Part shown: in pieces, positions 14,311 to 20,000 of the stretch
How the letters are laid out: each line of letters starts with the position of its first letter
How positions within the stretch are numbered: the stretch's first letter is position 1
Source: an uncultured virus (IMG/VR IMGVR_UViG_3300000313_000091)
Lineage: Duplodnaviria; Heunggongvirae; Uroviricota; Caudoviricetes
Direction: 5' to 3' (one strand)
DNA length: 20,000 nt
IMG/VR virus record: IMGVR_UViG_3300000313_000091
Program-made: the position numbers and the translations under genes
Notes under the pieces: model-generated
Told to the model about the DNA's origin: nothing
Database searches by the model: none
Seen by the model: only the letters and a program-made list of their open reading frames with translations

Positions 14311-17178
14311 CTAGTCTTTATGTTTCTTAGGCTGTTTGTTTAATCGATAGATCACATGAAACAAGAAATATCTTGGAAGTACATTGTAGTAGGTTTCCAC
14401 TCGTCCTTGCGCATTGATGGTGCGTTGCACATTGGAGAGGTTACTTAAAATGTCAAATCCGTCAAGTACAAAGATCAAGTTGCCATGCATAGCTCGTTGT
14501 GAAAGACGAGCATTCCATATCAACTCATTGGTGTTCATGTTGTGATCCTCATAGCCGCGTCGTCCGTACTCCGTTAAATCCATGTTGAGTTGCATATTCC
14601 AAGGAAATTCAACCTGCCCTGAAAAACCATAATTGAAATCTGCCGCATTGATCGTATTGAAATCTTCACGTGCGCTTTCGGAATGCGTCCATTTGCAACG
14701 ACTAATAACATTTAAAGATAGCTTGTCTCTATGAAATCTGCATTCCAAGGATTGAGTGAGGTAAAGCGACTGTACAGTACTACGATTGCCTGTATTGCTA
14801 CCGGCTACACTCACCAAATCCACATTGTGTTCATACTGCCCATTTGTGCCGGTATTGAATGTGAAAAGCTTCTTGGCATCCAATGGACAAGTATAATTCA
14901 CATCCGCCGTTCCATTCCAATTTCCGTTTATGTTATCCGGTTTAGTTGTGCGTATACCTGTGGCTTTATCGTAGACATATCCCATTGCCACGGCATTCTG
15001 CGTTATTCCATAATTCGTACTTACGTTGAAAATTCTTTGGTCATCAGATATGTTGCGATATGATAATGACATATTGTGTGAACGGGTATTTTTAAGATTC
15101 GGATTGCCCAATGTTACATATAACGGATTGGAATCATCGCGGACGTTTAGCAGATTATTCATAGATGGAGCTGATGAGTTACAACGATAATCGAATGAGA
15201 TTGATTTTTTCCATCCATTTATTGTCTTAGAAATACGTAGTCCCGGACTAAACAACCCTACATTACGTGTTAATGTGGTGTCAAGTGAAGCTCGTTGATA
15301 AACAAGCTGGTTTTTATCCAAATGGAATGGTAATTGTACGTCGAAATTCATTTCCTTTTTCCCTTTTTTACCTAAGCGCCAATGAATGTCTGAGCCCACA
15401 TCATGTGAATAGTTATATCCTCGTGAGTAATAACTGTTTTTTGCATCGATTGCCAACTGAAGCGAATCAGCTGTCGAAGGCAAGGAACCTAGTTCATGGC
15501 TACCAAAAGTTTTCCATCCAGCCAAACCATCAAGCCTATAAAGTGAGCTGATGCTTGATTGATAGGACTGCCCATAGCCATAGTAAGGTACTATAGAGAG
15601 CCGGGAAGATACATTATACCAATATTCGGCCCTCAACTTATAGTCGTAATTTTTACCTGGCGTAGTGTTATATTGATTTCTAGCATCCGTTGGCGATGAT
15701 GAATTAGAAGGATAATCTAGACGAGAATGACTGTAATTATTATTTTTTTGATCAGTATAAGTGAAGTTTCCCGTAAGCGAGATATAGTCGTTACTATGAG
15801 GCATCTTTACCATTGACATCATATTTGTAGATAATGTCAAAGAATGATTATTTCCTATCGCATTTGATACGTTTCTGTTGATAGCAATTTTTCGCATCAA
15901 GCTTCCTGGGTTTGACGTATAAATACTATCTATTAATCCCTTATTGAAATATTTTGAAGGTTCGTCAGAAAAGGTAGCCGAGAGTGAGTTGCTTAGCGTA
16001 TTTGCTTTAGAATACATTAGATTCGTCATAAAAAAGATTCCTCCTTTTGAGCTATTAAACCATGAGATCGTATTCGAAAGATTATACCCAGTGTTGTTGG
16101 TATGCACATCACTCAAACTTCGCCCGTAAGTATCACCGCCTGATAGGAAGTTTACGCTATTCACATTATTCTGCTCATTGGTATTTGTACGGATGACTTG
16201 GGCAGCACCGTCAATATTTAAATTATGGGTATTTTCATAGTTATAATTTACGCCTGCTGTTTTAGTAGTAATGAGAGCTCTAGACCCGGAAACAGGTGTC
16301 GATTCATTATTCTCACCGGGCTCTTGCATATCACCAAGGTTGTTGTCGTTGCCAAATACTGAAAGATGAAGCCTTGATGTAAACAGCGAACCGAAAGCTT
16401 TGCCAAGATAGCGATTGTTTGAGCCTGTTCCAACTTCCATATTCGATATCCACCCGAATGAATAATCGCGTTTTAGTTGTACATCAATTACCAACTTCTT
16501 GTCATTGGCATCACGTCCCATGATTTTGCTCATATCACCCTCTTTTTCATAGACCTTCACTTTGCCTACCATGTAGGCAGGTAAATTCTTTAGCAACACT
16601 TTGTTATCACCTTTAAAAAACTCTTTGCCGTTCAATAACATGCTTTCAATATATTTCCCATTCATAAAGATGCGCCCATCGCTTTTTAATTCAGCTCCGG
16701 GTAGTTGTTTTATTAAGGCATCAAGCATAGAACCTTCAGATAATTGGAAAGCATCGGCATTATAAACCAACGTGTCACCATTGACATAGAACTTTATTCT
16801 GGTAGCTTTGACCGTCACTTCGCCTAATTGGTGTGTATGAATCTTCTTGAACATCTCCGTCTTACCGACATATCGATTCATTTCGCGACGGTAAAACTTC
16901 ACGTCTATATCTTTGTAGACCGTTTCATAACCAGGATGGGTGAGACGGAGAATATGTTTACCATCATTCACTTTTAAGGCATAAAATGACCATTGCGTAT
17001 AAGCGGTATCTATCACCGTGCTGTCCGTTCGCATTAATTCAACACGTACACTGTCAATTCTTTCTTTCGTAATTGCATCAACAACGCTTCCTCCTATTTC
17101 TTTTTTCTTATCATTTTCTGTAGAAAACAAAACATACGGTAGTAAAAGTAACGGAAGCAGACATATATATTTTTTCAT
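14311..17178 (-). CDS. Outer-membrane beta-barrel protein (TonB-dependent-receptor-like, N-terminal carboxypeptidase-regulatory-like domain)
   Basis: Signal peptide, LGEVTVKA, GDTLVYNADAF, LIKQLPG, GNPNLK, C-terminal PRYFLFHVIYRLN; 955 aa. Confidence 0.88.
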   Translation of the reverse strand: MKKYICLLPLLLLPYVLFSTENDKKKEIGGSVVDAITKERIDSVRVELMRTDSTVIDTAYTQWSFYALKVNDGKHILRLTHPGYETVYKDIDVKFYRREMNRYVGKTEMFKKIHTHQLGEVTVKATRIKFYVNGDTLVYNADAFQLSEGSMLDALIKQLPGAELKSDGRIFMNGKYIESMLLNGKEFFKGDNKVLLKNLPAYMVGKVKVYEKEGDMSKIMGRDANDKKLVIDVQLKRDYSFGWISNMEVGTGSNNRYLGKAFGSLFTSRLHLSVFGNDNNLGDMQEPGENNESTPVSGSRALITTKTAGVNYNYENTHNLNIDGAAQVIRTNTNEQNNVNSVNFLSGGDTYGRSLSDVHTNNTGYNLSNTISWFNSSKGGIFFMTNLMYSKANTLSNSLSATFSDEPSKYFNKGLIDSIYTSNPGSLMRKIAINRNVSNAIGNNHSLTLSTNMMSMVKMPHSNDYISLTGNFTYTDQKNNNYSHSRLDYPSNSSSPTDARNQYNTTPGKNYDYKLRAEYWYNVSSRLSIVPYYGYGQSYQSSISSLYRLDGLAGWKTFGSHELGSLPSTADSLQLAIDAKNSYYSRGYNYSHDVGSDIHWRLGKKGKKEMNFDVQLPFHLDKNQLVYQRASLDTTLTRNVGLFSPGLRISKTINGWKKSISFDYRCNSSAPSMNNLLNVRDDSNPLYVTLGNPNLKNTRSHNMSLSYRNISDDQRIFNVSTNYGITQNAVAMGYVYDKATGIRTTKPDNINGNWNGTADVNYTCPLDAKKLFTFNTGTNGQYEHNVDLVSVAGSNTGNRSTVQSLYLTQSLECRFHRDKLSLNVISRCKWTHSESAREDFNTINAADFNYGFSGQVEFPWNMQLNMDLTEYGRRGYEDHNMNTNELIWNARLSQRAMHGNLIFVLDGFDILSNLSNVQRTINAQGRVETYYNVLPRYFLFHVIYRLNKQPKKHKD

Positions 17179-17704
17179 CTCTGAATATTCATAATTTTCG
17201 TAAGGGAAAGTAATTCATTTGCATAACTCGATAAGTATACTCAATCATTCTCAATCTTTTATCAATAAAATGATAACTGGCATATCCTATTGGAAATAAT
17301 GCGACTGATAGGCCGCACATATGCAAATTACTATAAATGATAAGTTGCCTCTAAGCATGTTCTTTAATGTCTCCCATATATAAAGCATTGTTTCTAGTTT
17401 AGCAAGTAATGGATCAAAATTATATTTCACTAATTTATCGACAAATATTATACAATTATTCCACAGCATTACAAATACATATGATTTATTACTGTTATTT
17501 TTGTATATTTTCACATAATGACTATGCGTTTAGCATTTGTTGTAGATACTATGCTTGATTATTTAGTATTTTAGCAAATCTTATGCAACCTTGCAATAGG
17601 GTAAGATCAATTTGCACAGATATCTCTTTTACCACTATTATTTTACAAAAAGAATACAACGAAAAAACTAATGGAATATTAATAACAACTATAAATTATA
17701 GTCT

Positions 17705-17953
17705 ATGAAAAGATTCATTTTATTATTATCTATTGCATGTCTTCCTATGTTGGGAATACAAGCAAGGCATCATGTGATGAGCTCTCGTAAGGCCCATGTG
17801 GCAATGGTATATGTCTGCACAGGTCCATATGCAAAAGTGTATCATTCTTCTCCGGATTGTAGGGGATTGAATAGATGCTCAGGAAATATAAAGAAAGTAT
17901 CTCTGAAACATGCACAGCAGATGGGTAGGAGAGCATGTGAAATTTGCTATTGA
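17705..17953 (+). CDS. Small secreted Cys/His-rich putative metal-binding protein
   Basis: Signal peptide then VYVCTG..AKVYH...C.GL..C...RACEICY. Confidence 0.8.
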   Translation: MKRFILLLSIACLPMLGIQARHHVMSSRKAHVAMVYVCTGPYAKVYHSSPDCRGLNRCSGNIKKVSLKHAQQMGRRACEICY

Positions 17954-18010
17954 TTAAAATATTGAATGATGAGTATGCTCTATCATAAAAGGTAAATACA
18001 AATTTATTTG

Positions 18011-18018
18011 TATATTTG
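18011..18018 (+). promoter_or_regulatory. -7 promoter element
   Basis: TATATTTG about 60 nt upstream of the 18078 ORF. Confidence 0.5.
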
Positions 18019-18077
18019 CCGATTCATTTATCGGTCGCTTCTAATTTAGAAGCACAATAAGCAATAAGATTAAAACA

Positions 18078-18419
18078 ATGAGTTCTGTATATCAAATATT
18101 ATTTCTTTTAGAAAATGAAGAAGCTCTTATCTGTGAAGTTAAACGTACCGATTTGGTAGATGCGCCTAAAGATAAGAAGTATCATTGGGTATTTTACGAT
18201 AAGACTGATAGTTCTGTTCAGAAACTCTCTTTTGTTTCGATGAATTCTTCTGATGATATTCAGGAAAGGTCGTTTAAGCAAGGTGAATTAAAATTTAATG
18301 CATCCGAAGGTATTTTTGAAGGAGGCGATAAATGTTTTATTCTCCAAAACCATTCAGGAATTTCATTGTCAAAGATTGTATTGGATAAAGTATGCTGCTA
18401 TCTTGATCAGCTCTGCTAA
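18078..18419 (+). CDS. Hypothetical protein
   Basis: 113 aa, flanked by a promoter element and a terminator. Confidence 0.75.
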   Translation: MSSVYQILFLLENEEALICEVKRTDLVDAPKDKKYHWVFYDKTDSSVQKLSFVSMNSSDDIQERSFKQGELKFNASEGIFEGGDKCFILQNHSGISLSKIVLDKVCCYLDQLC

Positions 18420-18441
18420 TTGAATTCAATATCGTTAAAAT

Positions 18442-18483
18442 AAACGTCCGATATGTAGCTTTAACTATATATCGGACGTTTTT
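18442..18483. terminator. Probable bidirectional terminator
   Basis: AAACGTCCGATATGTAG-N6-CTATATATCGGACGTTT between convergent genes. Confidence 0.8.
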
Positions 18484-18516
18484 CAATTGAGAGGTGAATA
18501 ATCCTCTATAATTTGT

Positions 18517-18798
18517 TTAAATAGAGCCGGATTCTATATCATTTTCTGATATTAGAAAAGCGTATTCAATGTTATGGACTTTACTGAATTCCTCTGCTTT
18601 ACTCAAACTCTTTTTTACGAATTCGCATGCCTTATCATAGGTTGTACCCTCTGAAAATTGCGCTTTCCATGTTGTTGTTAATTTACCTACCTTTTTAAAA
18701 TGACGACTTTCCAATGACTCATAAAAGTCATTTTTCCCTTTTGGCAGAGCCAAGGGCAAGTTGATAGTAAGTAAGACTTTGTACTTCTTATTTTCCAT
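18517..18798 (-). CDS. Hypothetical protein, possibly GhoS/Cas2/VapD-like ferredoxin fold
   Basis: 93 aa with a beta-alpha-beta pattern (KVLLTINL...NDFYESLES.HFKKV.KLTTTW); fold call tentative. Confidence 0.65.
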   Translation of the reverse strand: MENKKYKVLLTINLPLALPKGKNDFYESLESRHFKKVGKLTTTWKAQFSEGTTYDKACEFVKKSLSKAEEFSKVHNIEYAFLISENDIESGSI

Positions 18799-19062
18799 GA
18801 AATTTATTTTTTATAAAAATACTGCAAAAATGCGTCAATCTTTTAAATGCCATGTTAATTCTTGTCCTTTACTGGAAATTGGGAATTCCTTTTTTGATAT
18901 GTCGCTGTGAAATGTTCTCATGGGTGAGTGTTTCATTTGTTTCCACACATTTAAGAATCTGTTGTTTAATGCCAAATGTATTCTATGTTATTTTTTAGAA
19001 GGTGGAGAAATATGAATATATGTTTATAAAGATAAAAATAGCTTTCGCATAAATAATGCATA

Positions 19063-19688
19063 AATCAAAAGAAGTTCAGAAGTTCAGCACCCTCCCTCTC
19101 TTTTTTTAGTATTTTCTCATGAATTCTATTATATTTATTCATAAACTTGCATCAATATATTAATTATCAATTCGTTATGTTTGTGCTCCAAATCTACTGC
19201 GTGAAAACCTCTTAGATCATCAGAGCACATCAATACTTATGAATTTGACAAAAAAGTTGTTTTATTCCACTTCTTGGCAGTGAAGAGGTTCAAGAGGGTC
19301 AGAGAGAGTTCAGAATTGAACTTCTTGCACTATAAATCAGGTATGTGATATCATAAATATGCAATAAGTGCATTGCGTCCTTTCAAATACTCTGATAATA
19401 AATAGATTAGAATTCGATATACGCATATTTATAAAGAAGTTCACAAGAAGTTCAAATTTGAGCTTCTTGAACTTCTTATAAATATGTTAAAACAGATGCT
19501 ATATTATAGTATATATAACTAGTAATCAATACATTACATAGTATATTACACTATGTAATATATTCTATAATATAGATTATAGGATCTATTTCTATAAATC
19601 CTTATTTCACAATATACTTAGAATAAGAGAGTTGCATTTCCCAAATTTAGGGTATAAAGCCCATTTGAACTTCTGAACTTCTTTGATT
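19063..19688. repeat. Array of GAAGTTCA repeats in direct and inverted clusters
   Basis: Forward copies at 19071, 19079, 19285, 19294, 19305, 19436, 19447; reverse copies at 19317, 19459, 19468, 19666, 19674 (some degenerate). Confidence 0.8.
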
Positions 19689-19740
19689 GTTTCTATTTGT
19701 ATTATTATCTGTTGTTATGTGATAATAATACGAATGTTAC

Positions 19741-19890
19741 CGTCCGTTCTCCTCATAGTTACGAGTTGTTCACCTCTCTTAAGCGAGTTGTTTCCTCCGT
19801 AACTGTGAGTTTGTTCGCTCCTAACTACAAGTTGAGCAACTCTCAGTTATGGGTGGAACGAAATGCTATAACGAGTTAGACGGAACGCTA
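19741..19890. repeat. Degenerate 22-bp periodic, partly palindromic repeat
   Basis: GAGTT-like anchors at 19763, 19785, 19807, 19829, 19851, 19873. Confidence 0.6.
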
Positions 19891-20000
19891 TTGACATGTC
19901 TTTTACTTAAAAGTGTTTACATAACTGCGGTTAGTAGGCTGAAAATGTTTACTTAGTTAATTACTAAAATACTAAATAAGTTTACACGATACGTAAAGCT

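Noticed and set aside
14731..17514. ORFs nested in the beta-barrel gene, and 17287-17514
   Set aside because: Shadows of the 955-aa gene; the last is a low-complexity AT-rich ORF with no support.
19063..19890. CRISPR array, or a gene at 19697-19879
   Set aside because: Repeats are short, degenerate or inverted and lack unique spacers; the ORF merely spans the periodic repeat.

Overview
AT-rich Bacteroidales-type DNA. Positions 1-13360 are the early/immunity end of a temperate prophage. A long leftward (minus-strand) operon encodes a Cro-position gene, a small membrane protein, an excisionase-like HTH, a BRO/KilAC antirepressor, HNH and VRR-NUC nucleases, RecT, a PD-(D/E)XK exonuclease, a DUF1367-like protein and an SNF2 helicase running off the window edge. 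A rightward operon encodes a CI-like repressor and three envelope proteins. The prophage ends at the 3' half of a tRNA-Gly(CCC) (att site) with arm-like repeats and an IHF-like site, but no integrase is present at this end. The flank beyond holds an orphan HigA with a truncated higB stub, a large outer-membrane beta-barrel gene, small accessory genes and a repeat-rich, origin-like non-coding region. The most unusual features are RNA-level: (i) a ~380-nt structured region between the switch and cI, with its own promoter and operator, two hairpins with perfectly complementary 7-nt loops, and two tiny hydrophobic peptide ORFs downstream; (ii) two non-canonical tRNA-like elements plus terminators in the leader of the early operon. 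All family assignments are from motif recognition only; no searches were run.
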